64,000 bases of DNA, from the NCBI RefSeq assembly GCF_963921235.1, contig NC_086108.1, positions 50,532,001 to 50,596,000 of the forward strand. Reading direction: 5' to 3'. Position numbers and translations under genes: made by a program. This document shows positions 38,661 to 51,234 of the stretch, in pieces (the stretch's first letter is position 1; every line of letters begins with the position of its first letter). Under the pieces are notes generated by a model. It ran no database searches. It worked only from the letters and a program-made list of their open reading frames with translations, and had not been told where the DNA came from. The stretch is from Mobula hypostoma (taxonomy: Eukaryota).

Positions 38661-39427
38661 GGGTTGTTTGTCAGTCTTTGTTACTGTATAGCTTTTTGTA
38701 AAATCCGATTGCTTCTTTTACCCCCTGTAAATACCAGTAAGAAAATGAATCTCAAGATAGAATATAGTATCATACTTGTACTTTGATAATATATTTAATT
38801 TGAACTTTGAAGCCAGGGAGTAGAGAGATTTGTAATTCATACATTTTACATTAATTCCATTTTGTTTAATTTCATATTAATTCAGACCTGAAAGTCTTTT
38901 TCTTTCCACTGATGCTGCCCGATTTCGCTGTGTTTCCAGTATTTTCTGGTTTCGTTTCATTCAACTTCCAGCTCCCAGGAAAACTTTCACTACATGTAGA
39001 GTTTGACTTGTTCTTGATAGGAAATTAAAACATTTACGGGGGGGGGGGATTGTACAAATTCTTTGAATTCACCTTTCCCTTAGTACCGAAACTCGTTTTT
39101 AATCCAACATTCCTAATGCTGGCGCAGCGGAGATGCGGAAACTGGGGCGCGGGAGAATGGTTTTGTGGCTGAGGGAAGTCAGAGATCGCTGCTCGGAAAA
39201 GCGTAAGTTTCGTACCCAGGCTCCTGTCGCGGCCGTCCCTTTCTCTTAGGAGGTCCGGGGGAACTGACAGACGGACTAGCCTATTTCTTCCAGAAGCCGA
39301 CTTCTTCCCTTCCTTCCTTCCCCTCTCAAGAGAAAGTCAAACTCCGAAACTCTGCCAAAGTCTCTCCCCTTACCCCACATACCGACCCCGCCAATCGCTC
39401 CAGCGTCCCAATAAAACTTTACATTAC

Positions 39428-39477
39428 CTCGGATGGGGCTGGGTTCTCAATTGCCTCTACCTTCTTCCGTGGCGGCT
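39428..39477 (-). other. Putative 50-nt 5'UTR exon 2
   Basis: Long pyrimidine tract tctcatcttctctattttttcgctttttctttattt then aag| acceptor; donor gag|GTAATG at 39427. Confidence 0.5.
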
Positions 39478-39633
39478 CTTTCGAAGCGTTTAAATAAAGA
39501 AAAAGCGAAAAAATAGAGAAGATGAGATACGAAGGCGGATATTACACACCCCACCGGAGGGCGGATCTTCCACTGCCGAGCGAGGCTGTTGGGACCCGCA
39601 GACTTAACACAGTGAATTTCTCCACACTCTTAC

Positions 39634-39720
39634 CCTTTCACAACCCCACTTCACACCCTCTCGCTTGGGTTCAGTTCTCGCTGCCCCTTTCCCCGTTTTG
39701 TTTCAAAGCGGAGGTCACGT
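39634..39720 (-). other. Putative non-coding first exon (5' end uncertain)
   Basis: Donor aagg|GTAAGA at 39633; no ATG; 156-nt intron to exon 2. Confidence 0.45.
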
Positions 39721-40157
39721 CTCCTTTTTTGACGCTCGCCCTTCAGGGAACGTTGGGATATTTGGTAGCTCTACTTATCCCATTGAATATTACGTTTCAT
39801 TATGCAGTTTTAAGAGACGTGTGTATTGTTCCTAGAAGACGGCAACATTTTGCAGCCATGCAGTTTTGTTTACAGGTAGGTCCCGATGAAGACGGCATTT
39901 CGATACAAACTTCCTAGCTTTTGATAAGTTCCTCGAGACGGCGTTTGGGGGAATACAAGGAAGATTAACAAATTGAATCCAAAATCTTTGCGGATAGCAA
40001 AGAGTGATTGTCAATCAATTTTTCTGTGATTGAGGCAAACGGCATTGAAACAGATCTTTCAGCCCACCGTGTCCATGCCAACCATCGAAACCAATCCCAT
40101 TTGCTCGGTTCTCGGTGCTCAATACTCAGTCTTTTACTTTTTGTCATGAAGTACAGA

Positions 40158-40360
40158 GGGCACGCGGCCGAGTGGTTAAGCTACCTGAAGGTCATGAGTT
40201 CGAGCCCCAGCCGAAGGGACGTGTTGTGTCCTTGAGCAGGGCACTGGTGCCAAGTTGTATGGGTCCATTCCCTTTGGGGTCTCGTGGAGAGGGGAGACTT
40301 GCAGCATGGGCAACTGCCATACAACCTTGCCCAGGAGAGTGAAGACAAGACTAATGGATG
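40158..40360 (+). mobile_element. tRNA-derived SINE
   Basis: A box ggccgagtgg and B box gagttcgagcc, followed by gtgtccttgagcagggcact. Confidence 0.65.
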
Positions 40361-40761
40361 CCTTTACTTTACAGAGGGCACGATAAAAATGCAAATGATA
40401 CAGAAACGTATTTGAGAGTGTTTTTTTGATCAAATAGGGTCTGCTTCCCGTTGCTGTCTGTGAGAAACTTGTACATCATGGGTTTCCCCTGGGTGCCCTG
40501 GTTTCTTCCCACATTCCAAAGACAAAGGTTAAGGTTAGTAAGTTGGAGGCATGTTATATTGATGCCAAAAATGCGGCGACACTTGCTGTCCGTCCCCTGC
40601 ACATCCTCAGACTATGTTGGTCCTTGATGCACAAGTGACAAGTAAAGCTATTTTTTCATCTTCATCTATCTTCAAGAGCAGCAAATGGAATTTGTTTCTA
40701 AGAACTGCATCTTATTGAGGATCAAGGGAATTGTATTTAAGGTATATAAATTGAGCCTTAC

Positions 40762-41803
40762 ACAAGGAAATCTGCAGATGCTGGAATTTCAAGCAACACA
40801 CGTAGAAGTTGCTGGTGAACGCAGCAGGCCAGGCAGCATCTCTAGGAAGGGGTACAGTCGATGTTTCAGGCCGAGACCCTTCATCAGGACTAACTAAAGG
40901 AAGAGCTAGTAAGAGATTTGGAAGTGGGAGGGGGAGGGGGAGATCCGAAATGATAGGAGAGAACAGGAGGGGGAGGGATGAAGCCAAGAGCTGGACAGGT
41001 GATTGGCAAAAGGGATATGAGAGGATCATGGGACAGGGGGCCTAGGGAAAAAGAAAAGGGGGGGCGAAACCCAGAGGATGGGCAAGGGGTATAGTGAGGG
41101 GGACAGAGGGAGAAAAAGGAGAGCGAGAGAAAAAGAATGTGTGTATATAAATAAATAACGGATGGGGTACGAGGGGGAGGAGGGGCATTAGCGGAAGTTA
41201 GAGAAGTCAATGTTCATGCCATCAGGTTGGAGGCTACCCAGACGGAATATAAGGTGTTGTTCCCCCAACCTGAGTGTGGCTTCGTCTTTACAGTAGAGGG
41301 GGCTGTGGATAGACATATCAGAATGGGAATGGGACGTGGAATTAAAATGTGTGGCCACTGGGAGATCCTGCTTTCTTTGGCGGACAGAGCGTAGGTGTTC
41401 AGCGAAACGATCTCCCAGTCTGCATCGGGTCTCACCAATATATAGAAGGCCACAGCGGGAGCACCGGACGCAGTATATCACCCTAGCTGACTCTGGGGCC
41501 CTGAATGGTGGTGAGGGAGGAAGTGTAAGGGCATGTGTAGCACTTGTTCTGCTTACAAGGATTTGTGCCAGGAGGGAGATCGGTGGGGAGGGATCTGGGG
41601 GGACGAACGGACAAGGGAGTCGTGTAGGGAGCGATCCCTGCGGAAAGCGGGGGGGCGGTAGGGAACGATGTGCTTAGTGGTGGGATCCCGTTGGAGGTGG
41701 CGGAAGTTACGGAGAATTATATGTTGGACCCAGAGGCTGGTGGGGTGGTAGGTGAGGACAAGGGGAACTCTATTCCTAGTGGGGTGGCGGGAGGATGGAG
41801 TCA
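40762..41803 (-). mobile_element. Young 5'-truncated Penelope-like element with GIY-YIG domain
   Basis: ORF 41188..41481 IYCVRCSRCGLLYIGETRCRLGDRFAEH...E..LIFRLGSLQPDGMN; ORF 41553 RVPLVLTYHP; pLTR 40762-40891; gagcctt on both flanks. Confidence 0.9.
40856..40891 (-). ncRNA. Minimal hammerhead ribozyme motif in PLE pLTR
   Basis: agtc-CTGATGA-agggtctcggcct-GAAAC-ATC-gact. Confidence 0.65.
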
Positions 41804-42369
41804 GAGCCTTTATTGATTTGTGTAGTGGATCAAAGCGACCTTGGATTATGCATTCATAGATCCTTAAAATAATTTCATTGGCCAGTAAGTTGATTAAATG
41901 TACATTTGGGTTCCTTTTATTTATTATCCTCAGAGCATAAAATGGAAGAAAATGCACTTATGCATTGTACTTTATGTAGTTAGGTCACAGTTTAAGTATG
42001 TGTCTATCTTTGGTACCATATTGCAGAACAGCTGTGATGCACGAAAGCAAATCAGAGGGGATTCTGAAAAGTTGTTGGGATAAGAAACTTGTAGCCCTGA
42101 GGAAAGAATAGTTAAATTAAAGCTGGTCCTTTTAAATCATTAAGGACTGATGGTAGATATTTAAATTGGTTAAAAATATGAGGGGGGCCTAGGCAGAGTA
42201 AAAAGATGGGAACAGTTCTCAAAGTTAGGCTAAAACCCAGTGCACATGATTCTGAAAAAAAGGAAATATTACAGGGGAGATGAGGAAAGTTGGAATGTGG
42301 TGGGATTCTACACCACACTGCAAAAAAGGCAAACACCCTCAGCACATTTATAAACACTTAGACCCTAAG

Positions 42370-43110
42370 TCATTGGAGCATAATCAGGCCATCTGACCCA
42401 TAGAGTCTGCTCCGCTATTCAATCATGGCTAATCTACTTTCCCTCTCAACCCCATTCTCCTGTCTTCTCCCCCCATAATTTTTGACACCCTTACTAATCA
42501 AAAACCAGTGAAACTCTGCTTTACATATACCGAATGACTTACCCTCCACAGATTCACCACTGTCTGGCTAAAGTAGTAAAGTAGTGTTCATGGTTTCAAT
42601 GTCCATTCAGAAATCAGATAACTCATCCTTCTAAATTCCAATGAGTACAGGCCCAGAGCCATCAAGCACCCTTTATATGTTAACCCTTTCACTTCCAGGA
42701 TTATTCTCATAATCCTCCTCTGGACTTTCTCCAAACAGCACCTTAGAAAAAAGAGCCTAAGGCAAAGGAGCAGAATTAAGCCATTCAGCCTATTCAGTTC
42801 TGCTTTGCCATTTGATCATGGCTGATTTATTTTCTCTCTCATTCTCCTGCCTTCTCCCCAGACCTTTGACACCCTTCCTAATCAAGAACCTATCAATCTC
42901 TGCTTTAAATATACCCAATGACTTGGTTTCCACTGCTGTCTGTGGCAATGAATTCTGCAAATTCACTACCCTGGCGGACTGTCCTTTCTTTATCCTGCTC
43001 GTTACTTCCTCAAAGAATTTAAACAGATTTTTCAGACAGGATCTCGAAGACACCAATCTGTTTTTGGCCTATTTTGTCATGTGTTTCCACGTATCCTGAA
43101 ACCTCATTTT
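42370..43110 (-). mobile_element. Fragmented CR1 3' ends
   Basis: ORF 42790..43056 RSCLKNLFKFFEEVT...VVNLQNSLP...FKAEIDRFL. Confidence 0.7.
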
Positions 43111-43129
43111 CGTAATGAATGACATGACA

Positions 43130-44742
43130 TCGAGGAAACCCCGGTCTCCTACTGAGGAACAGGCAGCATATCTGACTGTAGCAGAGATGAGAAGGATCCT
43201 AGCCAGGGTAAACCCACACAAAGTTGCAGCACTGGACACTGTGCCTGGTCGGGTGCTGAGGGTTGTATGACACAGCTAACAGAGGTCTTTACAGACATCT
43301 TTATCTCTCTGCAACAGTTCTGCTATCCCTGCAGGCTTCATGGCTGCTACCATCATTCTGCTGTCCAAGAGAGTGATGGTAACTGGCTTAAACGATTACC
43401 CCCCCAGTGGCACTGACCTTAATCATGAAGTGCTTTGAGTGGCTGCTAATGGATCCTATAAAATCCCGCCTTCCAGTTACATTGAACCCTTTCCAGTTTG
43501 CCTACTGTTCAAACCAGTTCACTGATGATGCCGTAGCTCAGTCCTCCACTCCGTTCTATCCCACCTAGAAAATGATGCCAAATATTCCTGCTTGTTATTC
43601 ATCAACTTCAGCTCAGCATTTAACATGATCATCCCTCAAAGGTTGGTAGTTTACTATCCTCACTGGGGCTCAACACCTGTCTCTATAACTGGATCTTGAA
43701 TTTCTCGATGGAAAGACCCCAGTCAGTCCGAGTTGGCAGCAACATCTCAAGCTCCATCTTGCTGAGCACTGGTGCCCCCTAGGGCTGTGTGCTTAGCCCA
43801 CTGCTGTTCACGTTGCTGACTCACGACCACTGCCAGATGCAGCTGAAACCGCACCAAGTTCACTGATGATACAACAGTGGTTGGCCTCATCAGTAACAAT
43901 GATGAGTCGGCATACAGAGAGGAGGTAGAGAGGCTTGTCAAATGGTGTGAAAAAAACCAACCTGGATCTCAACATGAGCAAGACAAAGGAGGCATTTGTG
44001 GACATCAGGAAAGTGTAGGTCGACCATTCCTCATATCAATGGCTCTGCTGTGCAGAGAGTGAAGAGCACAAATTTCCTTGGTAGGCACATAATGCATGAT
44101 CTAACTTGGACCCACAATATTTCCTCACTAGTCAAGAATACACGGCAGCTTTAGCACTTTCTTAGGTGATTGAAGTGTGCAAGGCTCTCTGCCCCCATTC
44201 TAACAACTTTCTGCAGGAGTACCATTGAGTGTGTTCAGTCTGGTGCATGATTGTGTGGTACGGAAGCTACAAGCCATTGAATTGTAAGATCCTACAGAGG
44301 ATAGTAAAAACCACGGAGAGGGTCTCCGGAGTCTTCCTCCTGCAGCCCCCCGACCCCCATTTGTGTCATTTACTGGATTGGCAAAGAGATATGCCAATAT
44401 CTTTGACCCACTACCATAGAGAAGGAGCTACAGGAGCAACAGGACTAAGACTGTCAGACTGGATAAGAGCTTCTTCCCCCAGGCTGTAAGACTAATGAAT
44501 ACCATGCCACCACTAAGTTCTCGTCACTTGGTCAGCGAGCTGCTAACTCTGTTGTTTACTATTTACCTGTGCTGTGCACTTCACATGTGTTTTGAATTAT
44601 ATTTTATTAACTTATTTGTGATGATATTTTTCTTTATGTATTGTGTGTGATATAAGTATTGTGGGTGCACCTTGGTCTGGAGGATTGTTGTTTCGTTTGG
44701 TTGTATTTATGTACAGTCAGATGATAATAAACTTGAACTTAC
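43130..44742 (+). mobile_element. Degenerate Rex1/Babar LINE
   Basis: Remnant motifs MKCFE, LNPFQFAY, FSSAFN, STGAP, DDTTVVGLISNNDESAYREEV; aataaacttgaactt tail. Confidence 0.85.
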
Positions 44743-44913
44743 AACTTACTAAAATGGACTCTAACATCTTACTAACTATGGAAATTTGGATAACTGTCTA
44801 TAATTTCCTGTCTTTTACCTCCTTCCCTTCTTAAAAAGTAGAGTGAATTTCATGATTTTTCACCACTCTGGAACCATTCCAGACTCTAAAGATTCTTGAA
44901 ACATTGCTACTAA

Positions 44914-45740
44914 TTTTTTATTTCAAAATATACTTTATTCAAAAATAAATATGTACAATAAACCATTCAATAACTTTTCATCCTTTACATACGTTTGCAT
45001 TATACACAGTACATATCTGTATTTTTAGCCACCCACGTGGCACTCCAGTAGTTCAGCTTACCATATCATATCATTGTTGAGGGGTATACTCCCTGCCCAC
45101 CGACCCCTCCCACTCCCACGGGTGGAGAAACCTATACCGTGGTCCTTCCCCACCGGGCCCTTGCGGTGGCTGCACCAAGTTTCAGTGCGTCCCTCAGCAC
45201 GTACTCCTGCAGCCGAGAATGTGCCAGTCGGCAGCATTCTCCCACGGACATCTCCATGTGCTGGTAGATCATCAAGTTTCGGGCCGACCAAAGAGCGTCT
45301 TTCACCGAGCTGATGATCTGCCAGCAGCACCGGATGTTGGTCTCCGTGTGTGTCCCCGGGAACAGCCCGTAGATCAGAGAGTCCTCTGTTACGCAGCTGC
45401 TGGGGATAAACCGTGACACTAGCCCGTCCATCCTCCTCCACACCCTCTTTGCGAACTGGCAGTGTGCAAAGAGGTGGGTCACAGACTCCTCCTCACTGCA
45501 GTCCTCCCGTGGGCAGTGGGGTGCGGAGACGACGTTCCGGGCGTACAGGAGGGCTCTGACTGGGAGGGCCCCTCTCACCGCCAGCCAGGCGAGGTCTTGG
45601 TGCCTGTTGGTTAGACCTGGCGATGAGGCATTTTGCCAGATGAACTGGACAGTCTGCTCAGGGAACCACCCCACTGTGTCCATCACGTCCTTCTCCTGCA
45701 GTGCCTGCAGGACACTACGTGCCGACCACTGCCTGATGGT
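44914..45740 (-). mobile_element. Young 5'-truncated L1/Tx1-clade retrotransposon (zf-RVT C-terminus)
   Basis: Uninterrupted ORF 45132..45686 DLAWLAVRGALPV...CPREDCSEEESVTHLFAHC...KDALWSARN; aataaa and A-rich tail; splits a CR1 (ctactaat | gtcttcacaatctc). Confidence 0.85.
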
Positions 45741-46023
45741 GTCTTCACAATCTCTTCAGCTACCTTTTTCAGTATACTGGTGTGTAATTTGTCCAATCCA
45801 GCTGACTTGCCTTCAGACCTTTCAGTTTAACAATACCTTTTCCTTAGTAATAGCTACTATTGCGAAGAGTCCCCTGACTCTCTTCCAATTCAGTTTGACC
45901 ACTATTTCTTTGATCCCCATTATTACCATTGCTTTTGTGCCATGTGTGGTACAGGAACATTACTTGAATGTAAGTCCAATGTAAAAACAGGAAAAGTACC
46001 CACATTCCCAGAATCTGTCATAC

Positions 46024-46674
46024 TTTTATTAAATTTTCAGTGTCATGTAATGTTTGTTTAGTTACGTCTGCACTTGCATTTGTCTTATGAGAAAGCTTGC
46101 ATGTTGAGTTTAAGAACAGGCAATCCTTTCATCAAAGTATTTGCCATCCTTTCAATCTGCTGGTGAAATTTAATCAGATTCTTTAATAAGGTACTGGCCC
46201 TGCCCTTTGATAAGAACTTTTCTTATCTTAGGGAGATGTGTGTTAGGCTGTTACAGCAAATACTGTCACAGTGAGCACAGCACCCAGATAACTACAGTAC
46301 ATCTGATCATTCAGGATTAGCTTTTGAGAAATTCTGCAGAAATTCTGGCTTTTTTACAGTAAGGCAATAATCTAATATTTTACAAGCCTATAATTGGCAA
46401 AGTTCCATTTTACTTTTCTCTAATTTGATTATGTAGCTAATGTCAATCGTAATTATTAATATTGATATATAGCTGATACATTTTAAAAATAATCTCTCAG
46501 TATATCTAACCTTTGTGAGTAGTGCATCAGTGCTTTGAGCAGCACACACAAAATGTTGGAAGAACTCAGCATGTCAGGCAGCATCTGTGGAGGGAAATAG
46601 TCAATGTTTTGGGTCAAGACCTTTCAGCTGGATTCATCAGACCTGATGAAGGGTCTCAGCCTGAAACGTTGACT
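46024..46674 (+). repeat. Local duplication, copy 1 (partner 62788-63409)
   Basis: Collinear matches: ttattaaattttcag; aaagta.tt.ccatcctt; ggtgaaatttaat; agcacccagat; taattggcaaagtt; ttgattatgtagctaat; aatctctcagtata; same PLE hairpin at the same position. Confidence 0.85.
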
Positions 46675-48383
46675 GTTTATTTCCCTCTGTAGATGCCCTG
46701 ATGAGTTTCTCCAGTATTTTGTGTGTGTGTTGCTCAAGATTTCCAGCATCTGAAGAATCTCACGTGGTTCCTAAATATACTTGAATGTGTACATGAGAAT
46801 TGTAACCTACAGGGCCAAGTTCCTAGTGCAGCATGTTGGAATTGGGATCAATGCCATTGGCACATTGACCAAAATACACCATGAATGAAACAGAATCCAA
46901 AATTCATGAAACCAATGATGACCAAATAAATCCTCAGAAAGAGTACTATTTAAATGGCAGTAAGTTGCTGATCTTGCTTGTAACAATATTATTTTTAAGT
47001 GAAGACATTGTTGTATTCTGTGTAATGCAGTTTCACAGAAGTTCAATTCAACATGTTGGCAGGCTCACTAAGGTACAAGCAATTTTTCAGATTTTCACAA
47101 AATCTCCTGCATTCCTGTTGACACATCTGTGTCACCATATGTCACCCAGGGTACATCCAACATCTATGTAATGAAGGTGAAGTTGAAACGTTTGCTCCTA
47201 ACTTCTCACAAAATTACCCATTCCAGCCTTTCTTGGTGTTTACACCATCAGAGAAGCCAGGCATCAGCTAATGGATTTACTCCACAATCAAGAAATGGCT
47301 GTGCATTGGATATAGCAAGGACGAAAGCCTTCAAAACAATCCAGACATATGTTTAATCGAGTTGTTGCCTCACAATTTCAGTGACCTCGGTTTGATCATG
47401 AGCTTTGGTGCTGTCTATATGGAACTTTCATTTGCTCCCCGTGACCAATAAAAACGCTCATGGCATAGTTTTAGTTTTTGTTCAAAAGTACTTCACACTT
47501 CCTCTCAGTGCTGCTCTACAGGCATGCCCATGAGTTATGTCAAAATAGTTTTCATTGACCTTATTCAGCAAAAAAAATTTCACCAGAATACATATGTGAA
47601 AATAGTAACCCACTTCCATTTCTTAGGTTGCTGACACACTTTCTCACAGGCACTGTGTTTCTAAAGTTCTCCATAGGCTGCACTCCAGTAAACCTTCAAA
47701 CTTAGCATTTAGGAAAACCCCTAAAAATATTTCTAATGTTTGGAAGACAAAGGGAAGGAGGAGTAAGAAGGGAAATGAAATGGGGAGTGGCTGAAGCAAA
47801 GGGAGTGAGGCAGAAGGAATTGGGATAAAGGTGGACGTGCAGCAAAAGCATAACCAAATTCAGTCACCCAACTAGATCCTCTGGATTGAAATGGTGGGGC
47901 AAAAGTTATGTGCCAGAGGAATTTTCATTAGTGTAAGTCTACTGTAGGCTAGAAGCTTGGAAGATGTAGCATGGACAAAAAACTTCTGTAGTATTGCCAA
48001 ACTAACATTTAGGTACAAGCACTATGTCAGCTTTATCATTGATTGGTTGAACCTTACACTAGTTGATCCCATTTCCAGCCAGATAGAACCATGGTTCATG
48101 CTCACAGTAACTCTTTGGGGCCTGAACATTTTGTTTATCTGAGCATCAGGTACACTATGAAATGTCTTGCATTTTATGTCTTGTAATACATTACAATTCA
48201 ATTATATAAACAAAAACATTCTGGAAATAGCAGGTATGGAGAGAGAAACATTTTACGCCAATGATGAGCATTCAGAAGTGAGACAACTTTGTAGGCAACA
48301 AGGGAAAGATCTGTGATGAGCTGAATACAATAGTGGTGCTGGCTGACAGTGGCTGACGAAAGCAGTGAATTATAAATCATAGC

Positions 48384-48700
48384 CACAAGAGATTCTGCAG
48401 AATGATTTGAAGCAATGCAAGCAAAATGCTGGAGGGAGTCAGCAGATCAGGCAGCATCTATGGAAAAGAGTGAGCAGTCAATGTTTCGGGCCGAGACCCT
48501 TCAACTGGACTGGGAAAAAATATTATGAGAAGTCTTCAGAATTCTGACTTCTCATCGCTTTTTTTTCCCAGTCCTGATGAAGGGTCTTGCCCCAAAACAT
48601 CGACTGTTTACACTTTTTTGAGGAAGCTGCCGGGCCTGCTAGTTCCTCCCGCATTTTGTGTGCTTGGATTTCCTACATCGGCAGATTTTCTGGTGTTTGT
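48384..48700. mobile_element. Older PLE fold-back (palindromic) insertion
   Basis: Inverted pLTR arms around the centre atgagaagtc..gacttctcat; hammerhead core at 48570-48605 has GAAA changed to AAAA. Confidence 0.75.
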
Positions 48701-49456
48701 GATGAAAAGAGTAGTTTAGAATACATTCCAGACAGGCTGGAATCCACTTGAAAACAATGGTTCTGACCTCATCCGTATAAACTGTGATGCTTTTGGAATA
48801 TTGTATGAACTTTTGGCCTGTACTGTGTAATGCATTTAACACTTCTGGAGTTTAGGGCTTCAGTAAATCTTCTGTAGCACAGGAACAAGCTCTTTTGTCC
48901 AACTCATTCATGTTGACCAGTTGCCCAACTATGTCAGTCCCATTTGCTTGCATTTGTCCCATATTCTTCAAAGCCTTGCCTAAATCTAACATTAGGGAAA
49001 ACCCTCCTGGCAGGAAGTCAATATTCCTTTCAATGTTTGATAAGTTTCAATGAGATTCCCCTCATCCTTCGAAACTCCAATGAGTACGGACCCAGAGCCA
49101 TCAAATGCTCTTCATTCCTTAACCTTTTCATCCTCAGGATCATTATTGTAAACCTCCTCTGGACTCTCTCCAACACCAGCACCTTAGATAAAAGACCATA
49201 AGGCATACTGTAGGAACGAATAAGGTCATTCAACCCACCTTGTCTGCTACTCCATTCAATCAAGGGTGCTTATTTTCTCTCTCAGTCTCCTGTCTTCCCC
49301 CTGTAACCTTTGACACCTTTACTATTTGAGAACCTATCAACCTCCACTTCAAGTGTACCCAGTGACTTAGTCTCCATAATGGATTCCACAGATTCACCAC
49401 CCTCTGGTGAGCTGTCTCCCCTGTCCGTGGCTTCTTCAAAGAATTGAAACATATTT

Positions 49457-50205
49457 CAGAATCAGAATCAGGTTTATTATCACTGGCATGGGATGTGAAA
49501 TTTGTTAACTTAGCAGCAGCAGTTCAATGCTAACCTAGCAGAGAGAGAAAAAAAAAATAATAATAAATAAAATAAAACATAATAATAAACAAGTAAATCA
49601 ATTACATACATTGAATAAATTTTTTTTAAATGTTCAAGAACGGAAATACTGTACATCAAAAAAAGTGAGGTAGTGTCCAAAGCTTCAATGTCCATTTAGG
49701 AATCGGATGGCGGATGGGAAGAAGCTGTTCCTGAATCACTGAGTGTGTGCCTTCAGGCTTCTGTACCTCCCACCTGATGGTAACAGTGAGAAAAGGGCAT
49801 GACCTGGGTGCTGGAGGTTAATAATGGACGCTGCCTTTCTGAGACACCGCTCCCTGAAGATTTCCTGGGTACTTTGTAGGCAAGATGGAGCTGACCAGAT
49901 TTACAACCTTCTGCAGCTTCTATCGGTCCTGTGCAGTAGCCCCGCCATACCAGACAGTGATGCAGCCTGTCAGAATGCTCTCCACGGTACAACTATAAGA
50001 GTTTTTTGAGTATTTATTGACTTGCCAAATCTCTTCAAACTCCTAATAAAGTATAGCTGCTGTCTTGCGTTCTTTATAACTACATCGCTATGTTGGGACC
50101 AGGTTAGATCCTCAGAGATCTTGACACCCAGGAACTTGAAACTGTTCACTCTCTGCACTTCTGACCCCTCTATGAGGATCGGTATGTGTTCCTTTGTCTT
50201 GCCCT
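49457..50205 (-). mobile_element. Rex1/Babar LINE 3' portion
   Basis: ORF 49970..50236 VNSFKFLGVKISEDLTWSQH...ARQQLYFIRSLKRFG; (attctg)n tail. Confidence 0.85.
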
Positions 50206-51234
50206 TTGAGGCAGTGTCTCTCTTTGAGGAAACCAAGCAAGACTTGGCCTATTTTGTCACGCGTTTCCAAGTATCCCAAAACCTTATGCTTCATAATAGA
50301 CTGTAAAATTTTACCAGCCAATGGTAGTCTGACTAACCACTGCCTTGTAATTTCCTGTCCTTTGCCTTCTTTTGCTGTTCTATTTGAATGAAGGCTGTAG
50401 ACAGAATAAGGTAGGTGATCTTGCTATACATTTAGAGGTTGGCAGGTACGACATTGTGGATGTCATTGAATCTAACTGAAAGATCACAGTTGGGAGCTTA
50501 TCATCGATGGATACACATTGTATCGAAAGGATAGGCAGGTAGGCAGAAGGAGTGACTCTATGGTGAAAAATGAAATCAAATCCTTAGAAAGAGCTGACAT
50601 AGGATTGGATATGTAGAATCCTTGAGGGTAGAGTGAAGAAACTGCAAGGGTTAAGAGACCCTGATGGGAGTTATATACAGGCCTCCAAACAGTATCCAGG
50701 ATGTGAGATACAAAAATACAACGGGAGATAGAAAAGACATGCAAAAGGGGGCAATGTTACAATAGTCATGGGGAATTTCAACATGTAGGTAGACTGGGAA
50801 AATCAGGTTGGTATTCAAGATTTTTTATTTCATTTCCAGTACACAAGTGTAAAGGAGAAAGAAATAATTGTAACTCTGGATCTGATACAGCACAAAATAA
50901 AGCACATTAAGATAAAGAACACAAGAATAAAAAAAAGACATAAAAATATAAATACATAAGGTAGCTTGTATACATAGATTCTTTGTATGCCCATAAAGTG
51001 ATTTACACAAGGTGACTGACAGGAGATGATAAATTAGTGGTGCTAGGAGTTGTGGAGGTGATGGTCAACCTTGCTTCTTGGGGAAAGTTGACTATTTTTG
51101 AGTCGAGTGGTTTTGGCGTTGGTGCTATGTAGCTTTCAACCTAATGGGAGTGGGACAAGCAGTCCATGAGCAGAATGAGTGGGATCCTTCATGATGTTAC
51201 TGGCCCTTATCCAGCATAAATGGAGCTACAAACC

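Larger units (their letters stand above)
39115..39960 (-). promoter_or_regulatory. CpG island / promoter of an unidentified minus-strand gene
   Basis: Non-repetitive, CpG-dense stretch in a CpG-depleted window; splice signals on the minus strand; acgtgacc motif at 39713-39720. Confidence 0.65.

Noticed and set aside
39522..39917. 131-aa plus-strand ORF in the CpG island
   Set aside because: No recognisable protein features; GC-rich islands commonly give spurious ORFs, and the splice signals favour the minus strand.
40158..40225. Possible tRNA gene
   Set aside because: A and B boxes are present, but the anticodon arm is missing and a SINE-type body follows.
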